Source: Octopus vulgaris
Taxonomy: Eukaryota
Assembly (NCBI GenBank): GCA_951406725.2
Contig: OX597841.1
Span: forward strand, 12,586,001 to 12,650,000
DNA: 64,000 nucleotides
Direction: 5' to 3'
Positions 40,696-54,067 of this stretch are shown piece after piece (the first letter of the stretch is position 1; every line of letters starts with the position of its first letter). The notes below the pieces were generated by a model that saw only the letters and a list, made by a program, of their open reading frames with translations, had not been told where the DNA came from and searched no databases. The position numbers were made by a program, and so were the translations under genes.

Positions 40696-40995
40696 AAGCT
40701 GCTGTCATTGTTTCTGTTGGTGTTTTTTAATATTGTCACATTATCTGTTGTAGTAGTAGTAGTAGTAATATGTGGATGGAGGGGAGGAGGAGATGGAGGA
40801 GTAATGGCCTTTTGGAATGATATCAAGGAAGGTGGTGGCGGTGGCGGTGGTGGTGGCGGTGGTGGTGGTGGTGGAGGATAGCAGGGGAGGGGGAGGTTGA
40901 GGGACGAAAAACTTGAGGACACAGAACAAATGCAATAAGCGTGATTTTCAAGAATTGAGTTGTGTGTGTGTGTGTGTGTTTGTACAACTGTGTGT

Positions 40996-41041
<46 letters not shown>

Positions 41042-41187
41042 CCTTTTTGGAGAAGGAGATATAGGGGGAGAAGGTGGAGGAGGACAAGGAGGAGGAGGAA
41101 GAGGAGGAGTAGGAAGCTTGTGATGACGACAGAGGATCAGAGGTGATATGTTGCTTCTGCCGCCGCCGCCGTCGCCGCTGCCGCCGG

Positions 41188-41215
41188 TGGACTTGGGACC
41201 CTTCAATTGTGAAAT
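41188..41215. promoter_or_regulatory. Putative HNF4-type DR1 site (41188-41201) and C/EBP-type site (41206-41215)
   Basis: The minus strand reads GGGTCCCAAGTCCA, one mismatch from GGGTCCAAAGTCCA. ATTGTGAAAT fits T[TG]NNGNAA[TG]. Both lie directly upstream of the TATA box. Confidence 0.5.
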
Positions 41216-41221
41216 GGTTTC

Positions 41222-41256
41222 TATAAATTGCGGCTGCCCACAGCCAGTCTTCAGTC
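41222..41256 (+). promoter_or_regulatory. Core promoter of the LLTP gene: TATA box plus Initiator
   Basis: TATAAA at 41222-41227 and TCAGTC (TCAKTY Inr) at 41251-41256. The Inr A (41253) is 31 nt after the TATA start, and the ATG is 50 nt further on. Confidence 0.78.
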
Positions 41257-41302
41257 TCTCCTGACTCCTGGTGCTGTGAACAAATCATCAGTATCAAAAG
41301 AC

Positions 41303-41357
41303 ATGGGCTTACTGCAAGTCTTTCTACTCTCTGCTCTCGTAGCAGCCGGACAAGCAG
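41303..41357 (+). CDS. LLTP exon 1 (coding part): signal peptide
   Basis: ATG at 41303 (AAGACATGG), [18 protein letters not shown]+G, donor CAG|GTAAGA, phase 1. Confidence 0.88.
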
Positions 41358-41491
41358 GTAAGAGGTTTCAAATTTCACTTCAATATTGCTTCTTCTCTAC
41401 ATCGGCATCATCACTGATTACACATACACATATACCTGTATATATATATATATACATACATACATACATATATATACATACATACATATAT

Positions 41492-41535
<44 letters not shown>

Positions 41536-41716
41536 GTATATATATATATATATATGCATATGAACATGCCTACATTCATTTATATACACAATATACATAT
41601 GTATATATACAATATACATACATATATACAACATATATATGTATATATACAAACATATATACATATATATATACATACACACACACATATACAAAGATAT
41701 GCATACAGACAGACAT

Positions 41717-41780
<64 letters not shown>

Positions 41781-41865
41781 CAAAGGGAAATGGAAAATGA
41801 ATTAAAATTTTCACTTCCAGTGGCCTAACGAGTAAAAATTTAGTCACAAAAGACTATGAATTATG

Positions 41866-41917
<52 letters not shown>

Positions 41918-42536
41918 ATGGATGGGTATATATGTCTAAGTATATGCACATATTATGCATGTATATATACATATATATGTCGTTATATCTGGGGGGAGTC
42001 ATTTTGTTTTAATGCCTTATTAATTGTCACACACTCTGGTTCAATTTCCACTCATTTACATTTTTTCTTTTTACTAAAATTTCTGTTGATTCATGCAGCC
42101 TGTTCAATAATTGTTGACTGTCCATTATTGGCACTGCTGAAAAAAGAGTCAACAACTATTGAAGAGGTTGCAAGAAGCAACGGAAATTTTAGAAAAAAAA
42201 AAAAAGAAAAATTATGAGTGGAAATCGAACCAGTGAGTGTGTTAATTAATGAGGCCTTAAAACAGATTGACTCTCCCCAGAGACAACAAAATATGCTTCA
42301 ACACATGAATTCACATAAAGAATATTAGAAATCAAATAAAAACTGAAATGAAATATATATATATATATATTACAACAAAATTTTATGTAGAGTTACCCAA
42401 GTTTTGCACCCAAAAGCCAAACCCTTGAGGAAACCTTGGGTAAATCTATATAAATTTTTGTTGTAATAATTACTGCTGTATTCTTAAGAGTATGCTTCTT
42501 TCTAATATATATCTTTTTTTATTAACTGACTCCATA

Positions 42537-42572
<36 letters not shown>

Positions 42573-42804
42573 TAATGTGATAGTTAAGAATTTCAAATAT
42601 TGCTGAAAAAAAGAAATTAAATAAATTTTGTTTCTTTTTTTTTTTTTTCATTTTGTGCCGTATTAATTAAATACTTAGTATGTAATTACTTCACAATTAA
42701 GCTTGCCTTTTTTAATGTAAAATGATTAGTTAATTAGTTAACATGCAATGAAATTAAATAGCTTACTCTTGTACTTGTAAGTCGAGTATATATAGAATAT
42801 ATAC

Positions 42805-42835
<31 letters not shown>

Positions 42836-45800
42836 CTAACACACACACATATATACACATATACATATACATATTTGTACATATGTATGTATGAATGTAT
42901 ATATGTATGTACATATAATATATATGTATATGAATGTAGTTCGGTATATATAAATCTATGCATGTCTATATACATACAGAAAAAGAGAGATAGACAGATA
43001 GAATGATAGACCCCCCCCCCCCGCCTTGCATATCATATTTGATCAATATTCTGCAGTTGCCTCCCTTCCCAATTTTGACCAGAATTCAACAAATGATTTT
43101 TTGCCTTTTATCACAACGGTTGTAGTTTTAATAAAAACTGCTCCCATAACCACATCCTAAGATGAAGATTTTGCACACAAACACAAAGAATGTTTCCTCC
43201 CTCTCAAATCCTAAAATTAAAAAAAAACAAACCATTCAGTGAAGGCAAAGAAAGGAAATTTTCCATAAATTCCTTCCAGACAGTAATTAACTTAATTATT
43301 TATTTTAGTGTAATTGCTTTCTTTGTAATATAACTAATTAAAATATTTACGAATTAAGTCATCCTGGAGATTCGTTAAAAAGACGAAGGGACAGAATGGG
43401 TGATTACAAAGAACGAAAAATTGGAAAAACTTTGCCATAAAGAAAATCATTACACAGGCGGGGAAAGGGGTTTGCTTTCTAACCACAGGGTGCTGGGTTC
43501 AATACCACTGCATGGCACCTTGGATAAGGGTCTTCTACGATAATAGCCCTAGATAGATTTGGTAGAAGAAAACTAAAAGAATCCCATTGTATATATATAG
43601 GGAGAGTTTACGAAAAAAAAACAAAAGACGAAGACAGGTGGTGTAGAAAACAAACAGATGTATTAGTATAACGCTCAGGAATAGAAAAAGTCTTTTACGT
43701 TTCGAGCCTACGCTCTTCAGCCGAAAGGGACACAGAGAAAACAAGGAGAGAAAATAAATGTGTGTAGTGGCTACCGATCTATCATGGCGACTATATATAT
43801 ATATATATGTATATATATATGTATGTCACCATTGTTTGACAGCTTGCGTTGGTGTGTCAATACTTGCTATTACTTATAAAATATGTAACCAGGCTTTAAA
43901 AAAAAATAAATACTGGGGTCAGTTTGTTCGACTGAACCCTTCAGGGTGGTGCTCCATCATGGCCATATCCCAATGCTTGGAACAAGTAAAAGCCAAAACA
44001 GATATTCCTGTATGGGAACACTTTGTGGCCTTTTTTGTATTCGTTAATTTCTAACTCAAATGTTTAATCTCGCCTCACATTGTAAGGAGAGAGTTACCTC
44101 CCTTTGCATGAATGGCCATCTAGTGGGGGACCACATAGATAAAAAGAGGCTGCATTGTTATATGAATTACTAGCAGTATCACCCGGCGTTGCTCGGGCTT
44201 GTTTCGACCCTTTAGAATTGGAAGTTTTGAAAAGTAAACATTTTGCATTATGTAGCTTGTTATTCTCTTTAAGTGAACATTTTTCTGGTTGAAATACACT
44301 GAAAAATGGCGACACAGCAGTCAAAAAAACGTAAAGAAAATAGGGATTTTCATAGAAAAAAGCACCTTTTGATGTAAATAATTTTTTGTGTTAACATGGT
44401 CTGATTTGAAATTTTTCTTCTACGGAAGGAAGAGCAAGCCTTCTTCTATCATACTCTCAATTTTGGTCAACTTGCGCCGCAGAGTCTCGGAGGAGATAGT
44501 GTTAGTTGAAGGCTGCCACACACACACACAACTTCAGCTTTATATATAGAGAGATGAAGGACATTTAACAGTGTCATATTTTCTACATCCAGGTTTGGGT
44601 TGACTCCTACATAAATATTTGAGGGTTGACTCCCACATAAATATTTGGTGTTGACTCCTACATATATATTTGGGGCTGACTCTAATATGAATATTTGGTG
44701 CTGACTCCCACATAGGTATTTGGTGTTGAATCCTACATAAATATTTTGTCCATCAAATGTATGAATGCTTCTCCATCTCAATTCCTCTAAATTTCATTTG
44801 TGTCCTATTTTTTCTCTTTCCAGGTCCAATAAAGACAATCCAAGCAGACAATACACTCTGCTCGCAAACATGCACAGGTAAATATCTTCCTTTACTAGAC
44901 AAGAGTGCTGGTGACTACAGCCATGCTGGGGCATTAATATACACACACACACACATGTGTATATATATATATTATATCTTGCGTATATGAATGCACCTAT
45001 GTGTGTCGTGGAGTATTCCGACCCTTTGAAATATATTGAGGAATTAAGAACGCTGACCTTTGAAATTTGTCCTCCCTTTCCTGAGGCTCTAATTAATTAT
45101 GCTGTATATAGGGATAATTATCCCATCTAATTCTTCAATATATATATATATATATATATACTAGCAGTATCGCCCGGCGTTGCTCGGGTTTGTAAGGGAA
45201 ACAACTATATAAGCATTTTTAGAGAGTTACCTCCCTTATATAATAGCCAAAAAATGCATTAAAAATGGGAAAAAATTATGTATATATGTATGTGTATGTA
45301 TATATTTAATGTCAATGCATTTCTCTCTGCAGAAAACATCAAATTCCAATACCGACCCGGCTTCATCTACCAATACAAATACCATGCCCAAACCACAAAC
45401 AAAATGAATGGTGCTAGCAACAACGAAGCCACGATGACAATTGATGCCAATGTTCAGATTGAACCCGTGTCTCCATGTTCACTCCTTATGAGGGTAAGCC
45501 TTTGTTTTTTACCTGGATCGTCTATCTTGCTGATAAATCTTCCTCAAAATCATCGCATTCTGTCCCATACAATGTAGAGCATATTACATAATATAGTCCT
45601 AGATACACTATGCCTAAATAAAAGATGGGACTGTCATGGCTGGAACATTTTTGATCATTGGTCTGTCTCTGAACCTCACCCCACTATCGCTTAACAGACG
45701 ACGTTGGTGTGTTTACGTCCCTGTAACTTAGCGGTTCGAAAAAAGAGTTCGATAGAATAAGTACCAGGCTTACAAAGAATAAGTCCTGGGGTCGATTTGT

Positions 45801-48800
45801 TCTACGAAAGATCGTGCTCCAGCATGGCCGCAGTCAAATGACTGAAACAAGTAAAATAGTGAAAGACTATGCAAGGGAGATAACTGCAATAAGCTTAACC
45901 GAACAAAACTTGGAGGAAATAAACGCGAGGCAGAAATGGCGAGGCTCCCTTCTTAATCCGGCGATGACGGTTTCCTAATAAATGTCTGACAACTCTGTGG
46001 TTTCGCTTTTAATGTTATGTTTTTCTTGTTTTTGTTTTCCTTTCTACAGGTGACAGACGCCGGTCTTCAGAACTCAGGTGATACTTCGCAACGCCAAGTA
46101 TTCAGTGACGCCATCACCAGATATCCTTTGAAATTCACACTCCAAAATGGAAGAATTGAAGATGTCTGCCCAATGACTGAAGAACCCATCTGGGTTTTGA
46201 ACATCAAACGTGGTATTCTGTCGGCCTTCCAAAATTCCATGGACACTTTGGACAGAGATGTGAACATAACTGAGGTAAGTGCTAACACGTGGCTCATTAT
46301 CAGGATCGTGTCGCCAAATGTTATATTAGTGGATGAACGGGATTAATTGAAGCAAGGCGGCGACCTGGCAGAAACGTTAGCACGCCGGGCGAAATGTTTA
46401 GTGGTATTTCGTCTGCTGCTACGTTCTGAGTTCAAATTCCGCCGAGGTCGACTTTGCCTTTCGTCCTTTCGGAGTCGATAAATTAAGTACCAGTTACGCA
46501 CTGGGGTCGATATAATCGACTTAATCCCTTTGTCTGTCCTTGTTTGTCCTCTCTGTGTTTAGCCCCATGTGGGTAATAAAGAAATAGGGATTACTTGAAG
46601 CTGGCCGTTTGCTACTGGTCACCCTGTGGAAACACAAAAGTTTAGGGTGTTAGCTTTAAGATCTTAAGGTCGTAGCTTTACTTCTCAGACTGGGTGGTGC
46701 GTTGCGACCTTAAGCAACTATCTATCTATCTATCTATCTATGTATGTATCTATCTATCTATCTATTTATCTATCTATCTATTTATCTATCTATCTATCTC
46801 TCTACCTTCTATCTATCTCCCTACCTACCTATCCATCTATCTGTTTAACTATCTATCTATCTATCTACCTATCTATCTGTCTATCTATATATCTACCTAC
46901 CTACCTACCTATCTATCTATCTACCTATCTATCTGTCTCTATCTATCTATCTATCTATCTGTAATTTTATGGTTGCCCTTCTTACCGTATATATTCTTAA
47001 TTACCTGTTTTTCAGACTGACGTTGTAGGCAGTTGTTTGACCAAATACAACTTGAAGGAAAGCAACGACCGTATGAAGACCGTCATGAAGAGCAAAGACT
47101 TGCTCAACTGCAATGACCGAGAGTCGTACCGTGTGGCCATTCAGTCAGTCAAATACAACGTGCCATCAGTAAGTAGACACTTCCAAGATATACACACACA
47201 CACTCATGTATTTAGTTGAAATTTATAGGAAAACAAAAGACGAAGACAGGTGTATGAACAACAAGCAAGTGTATTAGTTTAACACTCGGGAGAAATGGAA
47301 AAGTCTTTCACGTTTCGAACCTACGCTCTTCAAAAGAAAGGAAGAAGAGGAAGTAAATAGAGAGAATGAAAAATGAGAGAATATACACATTTGTATATAG
47401 ACGTGCAAGCATACACCCACATACATACATACATACATACATACATACATACATACATACGTACATGTTCAGGTTTATACCTGTAATTATTGGGGCCCTG
47501 GTGTAAGTAAAACACTGCCTAAATACTAATCTTGAGAAATCAGGCTTCTCAAAACCAGAAAGGAGAAAGCTAATTGGAAGACTACAGATCCAATCCATCA
47601 GTGGAACTGTAAAAATCTGAAAATCTTCCAGAAGTTTATCATTTAAATATATATGAGCCTATCTAGATATGCAATTATATGCATGGGATGACATACATAA
47701 AACAAAACATACAAATCTGCACATATACATACATACATACCTACATAAATACATACATACATAAATACATAAATACATACATACATACATACATACATAC
47801 AAAAATACCCTGTTGTTGATGTTGAAATTCCAAGGAAGGAGCCTTGGATCTAGGTTAGAAACCGGTTCTTTCTCTATTGGCAAGAAATCATGAAATAAAA
47901 CTGAATAAAATTACTAAATTCGTAATGTTTACCACCCCTGATTAAATGTTAAGTATAAAAATAGTGACCACCCAACATGAACATTCCTTTCACTATTTCT
48001 CTCCCGTCCTCTTCCAGCATGTGAAATCACTTCCTCTGATGAAGAGTTCTTCAGAATGCACTCAGACGTTGGACATGTCCAATAGCATCATGATGAAGTC
48101 CGTTTGCGTTGAGGAACACATCTTCCGCCCATTCTCGAATGGCAACAGTGGTGCGATGACCCACCAACGACAAGTCCTGACTTTCGTCGACAGACAGCGT
48201 CCAAGTGTGCAAACCTATGGTAGGTTCTTACTCTATAACACCTTTGACACAATGAGAAAATGACAGGACCTCTATAAGCTCTGTTACTTTGCTAGAAATA
48301 CCACCGTGTAACACTACCTTCTGTTTTTTTTTTCAGAACGCTACGGCTACAGAACGAATCTGTTGTTCCAACATGAACATGGCATGCCCAACCAAAGAGA
48401 TGCTGAACAGACCATTCTGTCCAAGCTGCAAGAACTCTGCCAAGTAATGAAGGACGACGTGAGACCCGAGTTACCGAAAATGGTAAACAATCTGATTGAC
48501 AGTATGAGACACGTGGATTCCGGGGTTTTGAAGAAGATCCACAACAAAATCTCCAGAACCAGTTTCTGCCAACAAAATGTCGAAATACCAAAGTTAGTAT
48601 TTATATGATTAAACCGACTACGTAATTAGAACCTTTGTCTTCAGTTTTGAAATCAGTCCTTTTTGGTGGATCTGTTTCGTTTTAGTGATTAGATCTGACA
48701 CCTCATCACCCACTTCGTTATCGTCTTTCCCGTTAACGCCATCCGTAATTATATAATTCAGGGTAACCGTGTCCCTCTTCTATGGCGAGACACCTGCATC

Positions 48801-49107
48801 TGTCCCTCTCAACCCCTGGCATAAAGCCACCTCTTCCTCTAGTAAAGCTCCGGTCAGTCAAGAGGTCTATTTGTTTGCTTTGTGAGTGTTTTTGGTGACC
48901 TCACTAATGCCAGTGCAAACGTCAAAAGCGCCCAGTGCAAATTATAAACTGGTTGGCGTTAGGAAAGGTAACCATTCACAGAAACCATGTTATTACTAGA
49001 CATTGGAGCGTGATGCAATCTTTCAATTCGTTGGATTCAGTCAAACTCCCCAAACCCTGCCAGCGGAGAAAACATACGTGAAACACCGTTGATGAGGTTG
49101 ATGTCAT

Positions 49108-49154
<47 letters not shown>

Positions 49155-49707
49155 TAGATACACGTGCATACAAATGTATGCATAGAGGACTGAACGGAAG
49201 AGGGCGCTAAAATAAGAAAAATAGGTATAAATATATGTTTAACGGAAGCCCAGTTTAGCTCAAGTAATTTGTTATACCGATTTTCCGCTTTGCAGGAAGT
49301 ACTTCTTGGATGCCATTCCAATGGTAGGAACAACAGCTTCAGTTCAGATGATTCAAGACTTGATCTCTCGAAAACACGTGACTGGTGCTGATGCTCAGCT
49401 GTGGCTTTTATCTCTTTCCTTCATTCACCATCCTTCGAAAGAAATGATTGCTGCAATCTCGGTAAGAAAGTTTCTCTTTTAAAACAAACTCCCACAGAAC
49501 CCAACAGTGGCCCCCACTACAAAAAGTCCTAAATTTTTTCCTTCTCTCACCTTCTAAATCAACCCATTTAATTTTGACCCCTAATGTCATCTATCGATAC
49601 CGTTGTGAAATAGACCGCCTTGGTCTTAAAATTTACCAATCCTTTCAGCAGTGAGGGTCATCAAATGTTTTGCATTCTGTCAAAGCCTATTGTAGCATGC
49701 AGCTCCT

Positions 49708-49763
<56 letters not shown>

Positions 49764-49764
49764 C

Positions 49765-49835
<71 letters not shown>

Positions 49836-50878
49836 CCTACCTATCTATCTATCTATTTATCTATCTATCCATTACTATATACATGACCCTCATCAATCTA
49901 CGAATTTATCTAAGTGCACAAACTTCATTAACTTTGATTATCAACAACTCATTTACTCCGAGTTGGATTGTAATTAATGTTTTCTCGTTCTTCTTATTTT
50001 ATTATTATTATTATTATCGTTGACAGCCTCTCCTGGACGACAGCGAAATTTCTGGAAACACCATCTTAGCCGTCTCATCTCTTGCCAGTAGTTACTGCAG
50101 CGTCAGACCCAACTGTGGCGCTGACACTGAAATCAACGATCTCGTCGGAAAGTTGGTTCGAATGATCGGCAACTGTGACCAATCCAACTCAAAGACCATC
50201 CACGCTCTCCGTGCCCTTGGAAACATCGGCCACACTGCCCAGGCTGTTTCTCGTTTATCCAGATGCTTCACTAAAAAGAGCAACCCAATGGACGTTAGAG
50301 TTTCTGCTATTGATGCATTCCGTCGTATACCTTGTGACGCAATGGTGAGTCTTACAAAACATGATATCGTTTGATGTCGCTTTTTTTTATCTTTCAGAAG
50401 AAACCCAATGATTGAGTTTTGGCTTTTAAACAATATTATATTCTAAGCTTTTTAAGATAATTAGAAAATAGCTCAGTGTAACAGCTTCTGTATATTTTAA
50501 CGAGGATATGCCGCAGAAAGTCACAAAACTGTGGTATTCGCCTCGAGAAAACATCTGCTACTTATATACTTCAGGGCTAAAAGGCACAGAAATATATCAG
50601 TGGAAGACGAAAATCGTCAGCAGCGTTGGTGGAATGGTTAAATCATGATTTCTATGTCTTTGCACACCATCTGTAGCAAGTCTCCACTATTATCCGAACG
50701 CTGAAAGAAATTTTGCTTCTGGAGATGGAAAAAAAATAGTGATTAACAAATCACTATCGAATTGCAAAAAAATTCGTTATTAGTGATGGAAGCAGTATTA
50801 GATAAAAATAGCATTATGATCATCTTACTTAACGTGGATATATATAGAAATCCACAACACGGCAGTATTCGTACATTT

Positions 50879-50925
<47 letters not shown>

Positions 50926-51971
50926 CATGTATACTAATATACCACACTCGTGGAAGGCTACCATTTTGTAGAATTTCACAAGTTACATATTTCAGCTTTA
51001 ATTAGTCTTTCATAGAAATTATCTCCCTTGTATGCTAATATGTTAGATATTCGCATACATCACAAGGAAGAAAAGCTATCAATCCTTTGGTTAGTTTCTG
51101 TGTCTATTACTCAATATTCCAACATATTTAGAAATAGAGATAATCCAACACGTAACATTTGAATAACCAACAATGGTGAAACTGTGCAGTAATGGAAACG
51201 TAAATAGTTTAGTGTTTAATAGATTTTATTTCTCAAAAGTTAAATTAAATTTGGGTATATAAATATATATATATTTGTTTTCTTCTGTTTCCTTTCTTCA
51301 GCGCTCAGACTTGATGGGTGTTTTCAGTGACGTGACTGAAGACTCTGAGATTCGAATCAATGCTTACCTCGCTCTTATGAAATGTCCCAATGAAATGATA
51401 CTCATGGATCTACGAGATATGCTGCAGAAGGAAACATCAAACCAAGTTGGATCTTTTGTGTGGTCGCACTTGACAAACCTGATGGAAACATCTGATCCTC
51501 ATCTCCAACACATCCGATCAATCCTTGAGGACGAGAACCTAAAGAAAGAATTCAACCTTGACAGTCGCAAGTTTTCTCGCAATTACGAGGGATCTTTCTT
51601 CTTCGAGAGTATCAATACAGGAGCTAAAATGGACAGCAATGTCATCTTTTCTTCCAAGTCTTTCATCCCACGTTCCGCTAACCTTAATTTGACTGTCGAC
51701 CTCTTCGGACACGCCATCAACATTCTGGAAGTCGGTGGACGTATCGAGGGTTTGGAGACATTCCTGGAAAAATACTTCGCATCCTATAAGACATCAAAGG
51801 ACGTACGTATGAAGAGTTCCAACATTACCATCTAGATCATTCTATCCCGCTTCTTTTCTTGTCTGAAGGCCTGCCAACCAGCCAGCCTCTCTCTCTCTGC
51901 CTCTATGTTTGTAATTCTGTCTGATGGTTTGTGAGTTTGCCCTAATCCCCATTCACGCATCTATCTTTCTT

Positions 51972-52035
<64 letters not shown>

Positions 52036-52036
52036 C

Positions 52037-52095
<59 letters not shown>

Positions 52096-53478
52096 CCTAT
52101 CTATCTATCTCTTTCTATGCCTACCTTCCTCTCTAACCATATATATACATTTCCATCTCGTTCCACAGGCTGATGCTGAAATGGACAAAATCAAAGCCGC
52201 CATTTACATGAGGATGTTTGGCAATGAACTCTATTACCATAGCAACGTTTTCTCCGATCCGATGTCTCTGTTCAAGAAAGGCGAATCCTCCCTTCTGAAG
52301 AACATGCAGCTCCTTGACAGTCGCATGGTGATCCCTACCTGTATGGGTCTCCCATTGAACCTCACCGTCACCACAACTGGGGGCATCAACTACGACAGCA
52401 AACATGCTTTTACAAAGGGCAAATTCAACGCCGAAATCAAACTGAGGTAAGACATATTGTGACATGATCGCCGCTACACTGTTGTCGTTTAACCCTAGGT
52501 CAGTCCTGATCCAGTATACCTACCCTCAAAGGTATTCCACCCATGACCGTCGCTCTTTTTATTCAGACATAAATGTATCAAGGACTACATTATCTTATGT
52601 GTCCTTCCTTACAGTTGTTGTATAACCCCAGGTCAGTCCTGATCCAGTATACCTACCCTCAAAGGTATTCCACCCATGACCGTCGCTCTTTTTATTCAGA
52701 CATAAATGTATCAAGGACTACATTATCTTATGTGTCCTTCCTTACTGTTGTTGTATAACCCCAGGTCAGTCCTGATCCAGTATACCTAGGCTCAAAGATG
52801 TTCCACCCATGACCCTCCCATTATTTTATTCGGGCATTATACATGTTTCTATCTGTGTGTGTGTGTGTGTGTGTGTGTGCATTCGGGGATGACTGGATGG
52901 ATGTTTAAAGGAATGGATTCACCTGTCTTGTAATCAAAATATTTCTAAGCAATCCCCCCCCTCCACACAAACACACACAAAAATGGCAAAATATATCTTT
53001 GTCTCTTGCAGTGCTGCCATTGAAGTAAAAGGTGAGATGTGTGTTGACGCACACGTGACTAAAACTGGTCTGAAGATGCTGACCCGGGCCCACACCAGTT
53101 CTGGAGTGGAGGTCACCACCAACAAGGAACGCGCTGAAATTCGATTCCCTCGCAAGAAGACTGAAATCTTCAACCTCAAGTAAGTAGACAACATTTTGTT
53201 TTACCAATTCCTGCCCCTACTTACAAAGATCTATACATACACACACACGCGCAAACACACTCGCATCCACATTTATATACGTATATTATATATGTGTGTG
53301 TGTGTGTGTGTTTAATAAATATAAATGGAAACAATTGTTCAGCTATTGCAATATACGTTTCTTGCAGAGTGGTTACTTATTTATTTATCGTTGTATTATA
53401 AGATTACATAAACAGGCCATTTCATCAGACAACATTGCACAATCAAAAAGTACAGTCTGTAACTTTCACCGGTTAAAA

Positions 53479-53516
<38 letters not shown>

Positions 53517-53992
53517 ATGATAATAATGATAACTTGCATTTATTTTCCCCTCCAAAGGAGCGAATTCTACACAATCCAAGGAGAAACCGAGAAGAAGGAG
53601 AACTTAATCACCAGCAATGTCCAGCAATCCAAGAGCTGTACTGGCCAAACAATGAAGACCATCACTGGTCTCAGATTCTGCCAGGAATTACAATATGTTG
53701 ACGCTTCCTCAAACAAAATGGCTCCATTCTTCCCCTTCACCGGACCATTCGCCTATGACCTTTACATGATCAATGAAGACGCTCCCAACAATTACATCAT
53801 AGAAGCTGATTTCCCGGTAAGATTTTGGTCGTGAAATTCTTGAAATTCTTTGATTTTGGAATCCTGTTATTGATTTTGCTTAGCTAAGATGATCATCAGA
53901 GATGTTCCAGCCATGATCACCCACCCTTAGTTAAACAGTTTGAGATTCCATTCTCTAATGTATGTATATATCTATGTATGTGAATGTGTCTG

Positions 53993-54067
<75 letters not shown>

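Noticed and set aside
40671-41378. 235-aa antisense ORF over the promoter, suggesting a divergent gene
   Set aside because: Made of simple repeats; no domain or exon structure
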